Shown here: positions 24,533 through 32,081 of the stretch, piece by piece
Position numbering within the stretch: the first letter of the stretch is position 1
Layout of the letters: each line of letters starts with the position of its first letter
Assembly: GCA_037134295.1 (NCBI GenBank)
Contig: JBAXMM010000001.1
Coordinates: 1-32,081, forward strand
From: a bacterium
GTDB taxonomy: Bacteria; Patescibacteriota; Saccharimonadia; CAILAD01; BJGX01
DNA length: 32,081 nucleotides
Direction of reading: 5' to 3'
Notes under the pieces: generated by a model
What the model saw: only the letters and a program-made list of their open reading frames with translations
Databases searched by the model: none
Told to the model about the DNA's origin: nothing
Position numbers and translations under genes: made by a program

Positions 24533-25441
24533 TTATTGCCAAATATAGTTATTGAACGACCAGTCTATCATACTTTTGCTCTCTTGAAAACGGTCAGGGC
24601 TATTGAGGACCACTGTCATGATGCGATGTCCATTCCTTTGAGCAACTGTAATGAGGCATTCACCAGATGTAATCGTGTATCCAGTTTTCATTCCTACCAC
24701 CCCAAATTGCCCCAGAAGCTTATTGGTCGTAACTAGGCTATATGGTTTGCCCTGGAGGCTATAAATCTGATCCGATCTAGTACCGACAATATCTCGGAAG
24801 ATCTGGTTTTTGTATAGTAGACCAGCTAATATCAAAATATCATCAGCACTACTATACTCACCGGTTTGGTCTAGACCAGAAGGATTAACAAACTTACTAT
24901 TTTTAAGTCCCCACTGGCTAGCTTTGTCATTCATTTTATTAGCGAAAGCGTCAATCGACCCGCTGTCATAGATAGCCAGGGCATTTGCCGCATCATTGGC
25001 CGAGTATATAAGCAAAGCCTTCATCAAATCAATTAGTTTAAATTTCTCACCCCAGTAAATACCAATTTTTTGGTCGTAGCTATCGAGCTCTGGAATGTTG
25101 CCGACAGTTACAACCTCATCAGGTGCATGGGCGTCCATAATGACCAAGGCCGTCATTAGTTTTGTAATCGATGCTATCGAGCGCTGCTGATTGCCGGCCT
25201 TATCGTAAAGCTTAATCCCTGAATCCATATCGTAAATAATTGCCGACGAGGCCCCAACACTAATTGGCTTTGAGTTGGCTATTGGCGTCGGATAAGCTAG
25301 GTGGCCAGACTTTTTATAGGGTTGGTTAAGGCTTGGGGTGCTGGCTTTATCGTTAGCCAAACCCGAGAGAGGCCCAAATACCTTAGCCCCATTTAATACC
25401 AACAAACTCAACACTAGTCCACCAATAACTAATGGGCTCAC
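24533..25441 (-). CDS. D-alanyl-D-alanine carboxypeptidase (S11 family, low-molecular-weight PBP)
   Basis: N-terminal TM/signal segment. SxxK (SITK), SxN (SAN) and KTG (KTGYT) motifs. Confidence 0.85.
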   Translation of the reverse strand: MSPLVIGGLVLSLLVLNGAKVFGPLSGLANDKASTPSLNQPYKKSGHLAYPTPIANSKPISVGASSAIIYDMDSGIKLYDKAGNQQRSIASITKLMTALVIMDAHAPDEVVTVGNIPELDSYDQKIGIYWGEKFKLIDLMKALLIYSANDAANALAIYDSGSIDAFANKMNDKASQWGLKNSKFVNPSGLDQTGEYSSADDILILAGLLYKNQIFRDIVGTRSDQIYSLQGKPYSLVTTNKLLGQFGVVGMKTGYTITSGECLITVAQRNGHRIMTVVLNSPDRFQESKSMIDWSFNNYIWQ

Positions 25442-26127
25442 AGAACGTCCTCGGGCTTTATGAATATAAAATCCTTTGGAGCCAGATGCCGGTTCGAGTA
25501 TAGCCCAATCCTTACTCTTTGAAGCTTTATGACTGTTAAGCCGAGAGTCTCGAAACTGCGCCTAATCTGACGATTACGGCCTTCACTAATTATTACTCTG
25601 GTCGCATTCTTTCCGATAATAGTAGTCTTTAGCTTGCTGACTCCATCGACCAATTTTACCCCCTCGTTTAGCTTGGCAACTACTGGCTGAGTAATATCTT
25701 GTTTTGTATATACCAAATAAGTCTTGTCTTTCCTGCTGCTGGGGTGAGTTATTTTATTGATGAAATCTCCATCGGAACTAAGAATCATTAGCCCCTCGCT
25801 GTCTTTGTCGAGCCTACCGGCAATCTTCAAATTAGCAAAAGCAATCGGTAATTCTTCAAAAATTGTCTTAGAACTACCCTGCTTGATATGCGAGCAAACC
25901 AACCCTCTGGGCTTGTTGTAAGCGATGTAGATGTCTTTGCGTTTAGTTCCGCTCTGGCCATCAAGCGAAACAAGGTCTGTGTCCATAACCCTAGTGGCAA
26001 GATTTGTTTCGGTGGCACCATTAATACTAACTCTACCAGCACTAATTAGCTCATCGGCCTTGCGCCTACTCTCTGCCAGACCAACCCCGACCAAGTACTT
26101 ATTGAGTCGTGGGTTGGGGCTATTCAT
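25438..26127 (-). CDS. rluB: rRNA pseudouridine synthase, RsuA/RluB family
   Basis: S4 domain (RLNKYL...SRRKADELISAGRVSING) and catalytic GRLDKDSEGLMILS. Follows scpB, as I recall rluB being near scpAB in Bacillus (recalled, not checked). Confidence 0.8.
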   Translation of the reverse strand: MNSPNPRLNKYLVGVGLAESRRKADELISAGRVSINGATETNLATRVMDTDLVSLDGQSGTKRKDIYIAYNKPRGLVCSHIKQGSSKTIFEELPIAFANLKIAGRLDKDSEGLMILSSDGDFINKITHPSSRKDKTYLVYTKQDITQPVVAKLNEGVKLVDGVSKLKTTIIGKNATRVIISEGRNRQIRRSFETLGLTVIKLQRVRIGLYSNRHLAPKDFIFIKPEDVL

Positions 26128-26599
26128 TTTTATCTCCTAACTCAGCAATAGAACCGATACCCACTAGCTTCATAAATTCGGCTGTTGTAACGAATTTAGT
26201 CTGGCCCCCTCTTACGACCTTTTTTATTAATGATTTGTTGAGAAGATTGCGCAATGATTGTTCGCTGCTAACGCCTCGGACTTCATCGATATCACTTTTA
26301 CCAATTGGCTGTTTGTAGGCGATTATACTCAAAACTTCGAGTGCCGGCTGAGATAGCTCTTGAGGAGTGGTCTCGTAAAACTCTTCTATTAGCGAAGAAT
26401 ACCCACTTTGAACTGTCAGCTGCATGGTGTCGCTATCGCTAATAACCATCAAGCCCAAAGATTCTAGAGATTTATTGGCAGAATCTTTAAGTTTTTCTAG
26501 CTCGTTTTTACTAATTCCAAAAGTTTTTAAGATTTGCCCTATACCGATTGGCTCTGCTGAGTAAAACAGCAATGACACGAGTTTTGCTTGGTGGTCCAT
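26120..26599 (-). CDS. scpB: Segregation and condensation protein B
   Basis: SLLFYSAEPI N-terminus, tandem winged-helix length (159 aa), immediately downstream of scpA. Confidence 0.8.
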   Translation of the reverse strand: MDHQAKLVSLLFYSAEPIGIGQILKTFGISKNELEKLKDSANKSLESLGLMVISDSDTMQLTVQSGYSSLIEEFYETTPQELSQPALEVLSIIAYKQPIGKSDIDEVRGVSSEQSLRNLLNKSLIKKVVRGGQTKFVTTAEFMKLVGIGSIAELGDKNE

Positions 26600-26601
26600 A
26601 T

Positions 26602-27261
26602 TTATACAACCTCCAGTAAAAATTTTTGGTTACTATTACTGATTCGGCCCTGCTTTAGAAGCTCCAGCAATGTTAAAAAATACACAATTGCTTCTGGCCT
26701 AGAAGAAGATTTGGATAGTATAGATTGAGCCGAAAACTCCTGCATATTAGATATGTGATCATAAAACTGACGCTTGAAACTCTCAATAGTTAGTTTATTG
26801 GACTTGATATTTTTAGTCTTAGGTAAGTTCTGGTAATAATTCATCAACCCTTTAAATATTACATCCAGTTCGGGCCTGTTAACCAATAAGGTACGGTTAT
26901 GTTTTTGGGGCTGAGTGGCTCTACTATAAAGAGGTTTTTTGGATCTAACCGACAAGCCCAGGGCCAAGTCCTTTATTTTTTGGTAGCTTTTAAGCGATTC
27001 GGCAATGTTGATTTCGCTTTCATCATCCTCGGGCTCGATTCTCAAAATCAGCTGGCTCTTGTCTAGGGCTAACTTTGCCGCTACAAACAAAAACCAGCTC
27101 ATATCTTCAACAGCAAGGTCTATTTTTGATATGTACTCTAAGTATTCAGAGGTAACTTCACCTAGCGACACATCGGTTATATTGAGCTGGTGTTTGCCAA
27201 GCAGCTCCAGAAGTACATCAAATGGGCCCTGAAAGTTTTCGAGTTCCAGAACGAAAGCCAC
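26602..27261 (-). CDS. scpA: Segregation and condensation protein A (kleisin)
   Basis: FQGPFDVLLELL N-terminal motif and C-terminal winged-helix FLTLLELLKQGRI. Confidence 0.82.
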   Translation of the reverse strand: MAFVLELENFQGPFDVLLELLGKHQLNITDVSLGEVTSEYLEYISKIDLAVEDMSWFLFVAAKLALDKSQLILRIEPEDDESEINIAESLKSYQKIKDLALGLSVRSKKPLYSRATQPQKHNRTLLVNRPELDVIFKGLMNYYQNLPKTKNIKSNKLTIESFKRQFYDHISNMQEFSAQSILSKSSSRPEAIVYFLTLLELLKQGRISNSNQKFLLEVV

Positions 27262-27265
27262 CTTT

Positions 27266-28672
27266 TTACTCCTTTTGCTTTTTGATGCTTATGCCAAGGT
27301 CAATAAGTTGCTCAGGGATTATTTCTGATGGACTTTTAAACATCAAGTCTCTGGCATCGCCAGTTTTTGGAAATGCAATAACTTCTCTAATTGAGCTTTC
27401 CCCGAGCAGTTCGGCTATAAGCCTGTCTAGTCCAGGAGCAAACCCACCATGAGGCGGTACACCGTACTTAAAGGCCTCCAAGAAGTCGCCAAACCTTTGA
27501 TCTACCTCGCTTTGGCTGAGCCCAAACCTCTCAAAAACCGCCTTCTGAACTTCCGGGTCGTTAATACGCAAACTACCGCTACTTATTTCGACTCCGTTTA
27601 AGACCAAATCGTAGCAGTGTGCACGCATTTTTAGTAAGTCGTCGACATTATCAGAGTTTAGTAGTTCCAAATCCTCATCGAGCGGCTTGGCGAAGGGATT
27701 GTGAGCGAAAGTTATGTGCCCTTCGGTGGTCTTCTCAAAAACAGGAAAGTCTACTATCCAGCAGAAGGCCAGCTCGTCAGGGTCCTCCTTGTTGGTTCTA
27801 ATGTCAGGCTTGTCGGTGCCGTATTTTTTTAATGATTCGGCATAGGTTATTACTTCAAATTTCGTAGGCAGCTTCTTGCTGGGCAATAATTCAGAAATAA
27901 TCTCCTTGAACATCTTTTCATTAAAATCTAGTATCTCCGCTTGGCTCATAAAGCTCATCTCCATGTCCAGCTGGGTAAATTCTGGTTGTCGGTCGCCGCG
28001 TTGGTCTTCGTCTCTGAAGCAGCGTGCAATTTGGTAGTATTTCTCAAAGCCAGCAATCATCAGTAGTTGCTTAAATTGCTGTGGAGCTTGAGGCAAGGCA
28101 TAAAACTTCCCCTTGCTTATTCTAGAAGGCACCAGGAAATCGCGGGCACCTTCGGGCGAGGACTTGGTCAAGATGGGGGTTTCGATCTCTACAAAACCAG
28201 CGTCATCCATGTAGTTACGGATAGCTTTTATAAAAATATGTCGAAAGCGCATATTGGCTTGCATCTCGGCTCGGCGCAGATCAAGGTAACGGTAGCGCAT
28301 CCGAATATCTTCGTGAACCTTTGACTTGGCTTCGGTAATTTCAAACGGTGGTGTGTCGGCTTTGCTCAGGATTTCAAGATCTTTTATCTCAAATTCAATG
28401 GTGCCCGTGGGGTGATCAGGGTTAATCATTTTTTCGGGTCGAGCTTTAACAATCCCATCGATCCGAATAACAAATTCAGTCCGGAGTTCGCCAATTATTT
28501 CATCGAGGGCCTGCCCGTTTCGGAAATAAACTGCTTGCACTATAGCTGAGGCATCGCGGATTTCAAAAAAAGCTAGCTTGCCATGATCGCGTCTAATATG
28601 GACCCAACCGACTACTGTTTTTTCCTCGCCAACAAAGTTAGCGAGCTGACTTATCATTGTTCTGTTCTTCAT
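27266..28672 (-). CDS. aspS: Aspartate--tRNA ligase, bacterial-type motifs but lacking the GAD insertion domain
   Basis: OB anticodon-binding domain. Motif 2 FRDEDQRGDRQPEFTQLDMEMSF; YGTDKPDIR is followed after 10 residues by FCWIVDFPVFE; motif 3 GGFAPGLDRL. 468 aa. Confidence 0.9.
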   Translation of the reverse strand: MKNRTMISQLANFVGEEKTVVGWVHIRRDHGKLAFFEIRDASAIVQAVYFRNGQALDEIIGELRTEFVIRIDGIVKARPEKMINPDHPTGTIEFEIKDLEILSKADTPPFEITEAKSKVHEDIRMRYRYLDLRRAEMQANMRFRHIFIKAIRNYMDDAGFVEIETPILTKSSPEGARDFLVPSRISKGKFYALPQAPQQFKQLLMIAGFEKYYQIARCFRDEDQRGDRQPEFTQLDMEMSFMSQAEILDFNEKMFKEIISELLPSKKLPTKFEVITYAESLKKYGTDKPDIRTNKEDPDELAFCWIVDFPVFEKTTEGHITFAHNPFAKPLDEDLELLNSDNVDDLLKMRAHCYDLVLNGVEISSGSLRINDPEVQKAVFERFGLSQSEVDQRFGDFLEAFKYGVPPHGGFAPGLDRLIAELLGESSIREVIAFPKTGDARDLMFKSPSEIIPEQLIDLGISIKKQKE

Positions 28673-28679
28673 AAATACA

Positions 28680-28709
28680 ATTATATCTTATAATGCCGAA
28701 TTCTCTCAA
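28680..28709 (-). promoter_or_regulatory. Candidate aspS promoter placing the transcription start at or next to the ATG
   Basis: On the minus strand, TTGAGA (28709-28704), 18-nt spacer, TATAAT (28685-28680), then 7 nt to ATG (28672). No Shine-Dalgarno sequence. Confidence 0.4.
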
Positions 28710-28730
28710 TAGCTAAGGGCTATTTATCGA

Positions 28731-29228
28731 TTATACTGTTGGATTAGCAGGCGGCGTGCCAGCTGTGTCTTCAGCTTTCGGTTCGGTATTAGTGGCTCCA
28801 GGAGCTGCTCCAGCATCGGTCTGTGGGTTACCTACCACTGGTTCGCTAGCTGTAGAGGCCGGAGTATCTAGCACTTTCTTGATATTCGTAACCACATCCT
28901 CAAGTGTTACCTGTGATTTTACAAGGTATTTATCGACGCCTAGCTTTTCGCCTCTTTCTTTGTCGGCAGCGCTACCCAGGGCAGTCATCATTATGACTTT
29001 GGTATGAGCAATTTCGGGTGTAGTTCTGATAATATCCAGTACATCAAAGCCAGATATTCTTGGCATCATTACATCGAGTATTATCAAATCAGGACGAACC
29101 TTAACAGCCATAGCTAGTGCCTCCTCGCCATTGCCGGCTACCGAAAGCTCATAGCCTTCAGCCTGCAGGCGGGCAAAATATACATCTCTTAGGCTAATAT
29201 CATCTTCAACTAGTAATACTTTTGGCAT
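28731..29228 (-). CDS. Single-domain response regulator with a Pro/Thr/Ala-rich C-terminal tail
   Basis: VLLVEDD, LIILDVMMP, MMTALG, KYLVKS. The last ~45 aa are low complexity with no output domain. Confidence 0.88.
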   Translation of the reverse strand: MPKVLLVEDDISLRDVYFARLQAEGYELSVAGNGEEALAMAVKVRPDLIILDVMMPRISGFDVLDIIRTTPEIAHTKVIMMTALGSAADKERGEKLGVDKYLVKSQVTLEDVVTNIKKVLDTPASTASEPVVGNPQTDAGAAPGATNTEPKAEDTAGTPPANPTV

Positions 29229-29279
29229 CTTCCCTCATTTCTTAAATCTATTTTAATACTTTTTATGCTCATAATGCAA

Positions 29280-30941
29280 CTATAATTTTACTAAAGGCAA
29301 TTTAAATCCAAAAGCAGAGCCCTTGCCCAGTATGGACTCGACCCATATTTTGCCACCGTAAAGCTCTACTAGGTTGCGGGCAATATATAGCCCTAAGCCA
29401 GTGCCAGAGTGCTCTCGGGTCATGGTGTTATTAACTCTATAGAACTTCTCAAAAAGGTGTTTTTGCTCTTGGCCTGATATGCCCATACCAGTATCGCGGA
29501 CCCGAACTGTAACGGATTCTTTATCGCCTTCAATTTCAATATCAACACTACCTTGGGCCGTATACTTAATAGCATTATCAACCAAATTAGTTACTACCTC
29601 CGAAATTTTCTCAGGATCCACCAAAACGTTATAGGTTGGTGCTATAACTGTTTGGCCCTTGATCCCCGCACCACCGATATGGGTAGTCAGCTTTAGTCCT
29701 TTACTGGCAGCAATAACTTCCATCTCGGAAGCGATTTTAAGTATCAAATCACTAATATTAATAACCACCTTGGTTTCTTTCAGATTCTTATCCTCTATTT
29801 TGCTAACACTCAGGAGGTCCTGAAACAGCTTACCAAGGTGTACCGAAGAGCTGTGAGCTTTTTCTAAAAAACCTCGAGCTTTATCGTCTATCTGAGCCAA
29901 CTTCGGGTTCGATGCCATCGCAATATAACCTTCAATTGCCGCTACCGGGGTGCGCATCTCATGGCTAGCGGTCGATACGAATTCTTCCTTTTGCCTCTCA
30001 AGGGCCTTTTGCTCGGATATGTCTACAATAACCGCCACCGCTCCGCTTATTTCAGAATCACTATTGAAGGTAGGCGCAATCGAGACCGACAGGTCACGTC
30101 GCTCATTACCTTTTGTCAACAAGTGGTAATTAGAGCTTCGAATTGGTTGCTTACTGTGCAAAACAGCTAAGAAGGGGTCATTAGCACCCAAAACATCTTT
30201 ATCGTTAAAATCTTTTAGTTTCAATACTTGGCTGCAATTAAAATTAAGCGCGTCGTGCATATCCCATCCTGTCAGAGTCTGGGCTGCCTCATTCATCATG
30301 ATGATGTTACCTTCAGTATTAATGCCTATCAGGGCGTCAGCGATTGACCCCAAAATAAGCCGCTCCGACATATTGGCTTCATCGAGATTAGCCGAAGCTT
30401 GCCTAAATGATTTATTGCCTTTAGCATAGAGGTCGCTAGCATAGGCCACTATAGCCGATATGACCAAGCAAGCAACAGTAGCTGGAAACAAATTAAAATT
30501 TTGCGTCAAGCTCTGCCCTTGCGCCAGGCTAAGCACTATACTGCCGACATATACGCCTGTCAGTAGTGCAACATTGGCAAAAAAAGCCCCAAAGCCCAGC
30601 ACCGAGCAAGCAATAATCATAATTAACAGCACTGGGTACCATATAGATGATATTCCACCTGTAAAATAAACTATCGCGAGAAGCTCGACCAACACAAAAA
30701 GTAGTTGCAGATATTTTGAGAAAGTTTCAAGTCGCTTAGATAGAATCTTGGCAAAAGCCAAATTATATATTAGTCCGGCAATGATCAGACCACCCAAAAT
30801 ATAGCTCAGCAGATTATTGTTTGAGGTCTGTATTTCGAACAAAAACAATGAGGCCACGAATAAACCCGCCAACAAGTGCAAGACAGTCGTAACTGTGGTT
30901 AGCTGGATGTAAGTATATTTATGCGATTTTGAATTTTTCAC
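29280..30941 (-). CDS. Sensor histidine kinase (multi-TM N-terminus, PAS, HisKA, HATPase_c)
   Basis: About 5-6 TM helices, a PAS-like segment, H-box STASHEMRTPVAAI, N-box VDNAIKYT, G1 DTGMGI, G2 GTGLGLYIA. Confidence 0.9.
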   Translation of the reverse strand: MKNSKSHKYTYIQLTTVTTVLHLLAGLFVASLFLFEIQTSNNNLLSYILGGLIIAGLIYNLAFAKILSKRLETFSKYLQLLFVLVELLAIVYFTGGISSIWYPVLLIMIIACSVLGFGAFFANVALLTGVYVGSIVLSLAQGQSLTQNFNLFPATVACLVISAIVAYASDLYAKGNKSFRQASANLDEANMSERLILGSIADALIGINTEGNIIMMNEAAQTLTGWDMHDALNFNCSQVLKLKDFNDKDVLGANDPFLAVLHSKQPIRSSNYHLLTKGNERRDLSVSIAPTFNSDSEISGAVAVIVDISEQKALERQKEEFVSTASHEMRTPVAAIEGYIAMASNPKLAQIDDKARGFLEKAHSSSVHLGKLFQDLLSVSKIEDKNLKETKVVINISDLILKIASEMEVIAASKGLKLTTHIGGAGIKGQTVIAPTYNVLVDPEKISEVVTNLVDNAIKYTAQGSVDIEIEGDKESVTVRVRDTGMGISGQEQKHLFEKFYRVNNTMTREHSGTGLGLYIARNLVELYGGKIWVESILGKGSAFGFKLPLVKL

Positions 30942-30982
30942 TAATAAAATTATAACATAAGCACTATCGTATCTATCAGCTG

Positions 30983-31726
30983 CTAGACCTTAAAAAACTC
31001 ATCGGTATAATTCGGGAACCAGTCTTGTTTAACATCGGATTCAGCAACACCCATCGCAATTAGCTTTGGACCAAAGGCCTCGACCATTGGCTCGGGGCCA
31101 GAAACGTAAAAAGCCATTGAGCCGACTGCTCTATCTGCACCGACTGCACGCATGATCATCGCCTCATCAACCAGCCCTGTTTCGCCAGTCCAGCCCTCCG
31201 GAATATCATCAACCAAAGTCATCACGATATTAAACTTCGGCATTTGCTTGACTGCACTCGACCACAAATCGCCAAAGCATATATCTTGCTCGGTACGGTT
31301 AGAATATATCAGTGTAATATCACGATCGAGCTGTTGGTTGTCTAACAAAAATTTTAGCTGCGATCTAAACGGAGTAATACCAATTCCACCTGCTATCCAA
31401 ACGATCGGCTTATCGGTGTCGCTTGGCAACAAAAAATTTCCCTGCGGGCCAATCGCTTCTATCTCGTCAGCCGGCTCCAAACTGATCATAGCCTGCTTAA
31501 AGCTCGAATGCTTCTCAACTATTCGAGTAGTTAGCATTATATCGCCCTCTGTGGGTGAGCTCGACATTGTAAACCAGCGCTTAATACCTCGCGAATCGAC
31601 TTTGGGGTGCTTTAGATTGATCTCTAGATACTGCCCAGGTTCATAAACAAAGCCGTCGGGTCTTTCAAACATCAGCTCCCAGCTATCACGAGCTATTTTT
31701 TCTTTGTGAATAAATTTTAGTTTCAT
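30983..31726 (-). CDS. FNR-like FAD/NAD(P)-binding oxidoreductase (ferredoxin-reductase fold)
   Basis: RWFTMSSSP (the R-x-Y-S FAD motif position) and IAGGIGITPF (NAD(P) motif). AGGAGG RBS 6 nt before ATG 31726. The longer 285-aa track ORF is rejected. Confidence 0.8.
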   Translation of the reverse strand: MKLKFIHKEKIARDSWELMFERPDGFVYEPGQYLEINLKHPKVDSRGIKRWFTMSSSPTEGDIMLTTRIVEKHSSFKQAMISLEPADEIEAIGPQGNFLLPSDTDKPIVWIAGGIGITPFRSQLKFLLDNQQLDRDITLIYSNRTEQDICFGDLWSSAVKQMPKFNIVMTLVDDIPEGWTGETGLVDEAMIMRAVGADRAVGSMAFYVSGPEPMVEAFGPKLIAMGVAESDVKQDWFPNYTDEFFKV

Positions 31727-31736
31727 GGTTGCCTCC

Positions 31737-31756
31737 TGTATAATTCTAAGTATACA
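31737..31756. promoter_or_regulatory. 20-bp near-palindrome in the 34-bp divergent spacer (candidate metalloregulator operator)
   Basis: TGTATAATTCTAAGTATACA, with 8 of 10 symmetric pairs. It contains a TATAAT (31739-31744) 16 nt before the ATG at 31761. Confidence 0.35.
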
Positions 31757-31760
31757 CCAC

Positions 31761-32081
31761 ATGGCTAAACCAATAATAGAATTTAATAAAATACCAATTA
31801 CCGTTTTGCAGGGCTTCTTGGGGTCCGGCAAAACAACCATGCTTAATTATATTCTGACTCACAACGAAGGGATGAATATTGGCGTTGTGGTTAATGACTT
31901 CGGCGATATTAACATCGATAGCAAATTAATCAAAAGCCAGAGCGACAAGCAACTCGAGCTAACCAGTGGCTGTATTTGCTGCAGTCTCAAGACACTGGAT
32001 CTTCAGGAAGCAATCGATCAGTTTGTTTTTAAGGGTAGCAATATAGATTACATCATCATTGAGGCCTCTGGCTTGGCAGAG
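31761..32081 (+). CDS. COG0523-family (CobW/ZigA-like) metallochaperone GTPase, N-terminal part (3' end beyond the window)
   Basis: Not in the ORF track because no stop lies within the window. MAKPIIEFNKIPITVLQGFLGSGKTTMLNYIL (P-loop) and GCICCS metal-binding motif. Confidence 0.85.
   Translation, partial: MAKPIIEFNKIPITVLQGFLGSGKTTMLNYILTHNEGMNIGVVVNDFGDINIDSKLIKSQSDKQLELTSGCICCSLKTLDLQEAIDQFVFKGSNIDYIIIEASGLAE

Noticed and set aside
31727-31840. N-terminal 38-codon extension of the FNR-like ORF (track start 31840)
   Set aside because: The extension would overlap the start of the divergent COG0523 gene. An AGGAGG RBS sits 6 nt before the internal ATG at 31726, and the FAD-binding domain begins right there.

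Overview
Gene-dense bacterial chromosomal segment. Small proteins, a trimmed division/cell-wall (dcw) cluster and a bacterial-type AspRS lacking its insertion domain suggest a reduced-genome Patescibacteria/CPR (Saccharibacteria-like) organism; this assignment is inference only. Plus-strand block (1-13.6 kb): a methyltransferase 3' fragment, 2-Cys peroxiredoxin, a membrane-anchored hypothetical, a degenerate kinase-like protein with a receiver-only response regulator, recO and glyQS. A VIT-family gene lies on the minus strand. Then comes a compact dcw cluster mraZ-rsmH-ftsL-ftsI-mraY-ftsW-murG-ftsQ, with no mur ligases or ftsA/ftsZ. Minus-strand block (13.9-31.7 kb): an orphan VirD4/TraD-like membrane ATPase preceded by a sigma-region-4/HARE-HTH-like protein, topA, a membrane protein, a ~350-nt structured RNA (candidate divergent RNase P RNA) and dprA. 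These are followed by the run pth-der-dac-rluB-scpB-scpA-aspS, a histidine kinase/receiver pair and an FNR-like oxidoreductase. A COG0523 GTPase starts divergently at the right edge. I saw no rRNA, tRNA, CRISPR array, transposase or integrase. Items most worth a second look: (1) the putative two-gene operon of the DNA-binding protein and the orphan coupling-protein-like ATPase beside topA/dprA; (2) a plus-strand orphan small RNA with its own promoter and terminator between dprA and pth, built on a 17-bp perfect inverted repeat whose loop mimics the 16S anti-Shine-Dalgarno tail; (3) the RNase P-like RNA with a poorly conserved P4 core; (4) four phased AGTGGGTA boxes at the mraZ promoter; (5) a tandem duplication of the rsmH-ftsL junction. 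All calls rest on reading the sequence and remembered family motifs; no searches were run.
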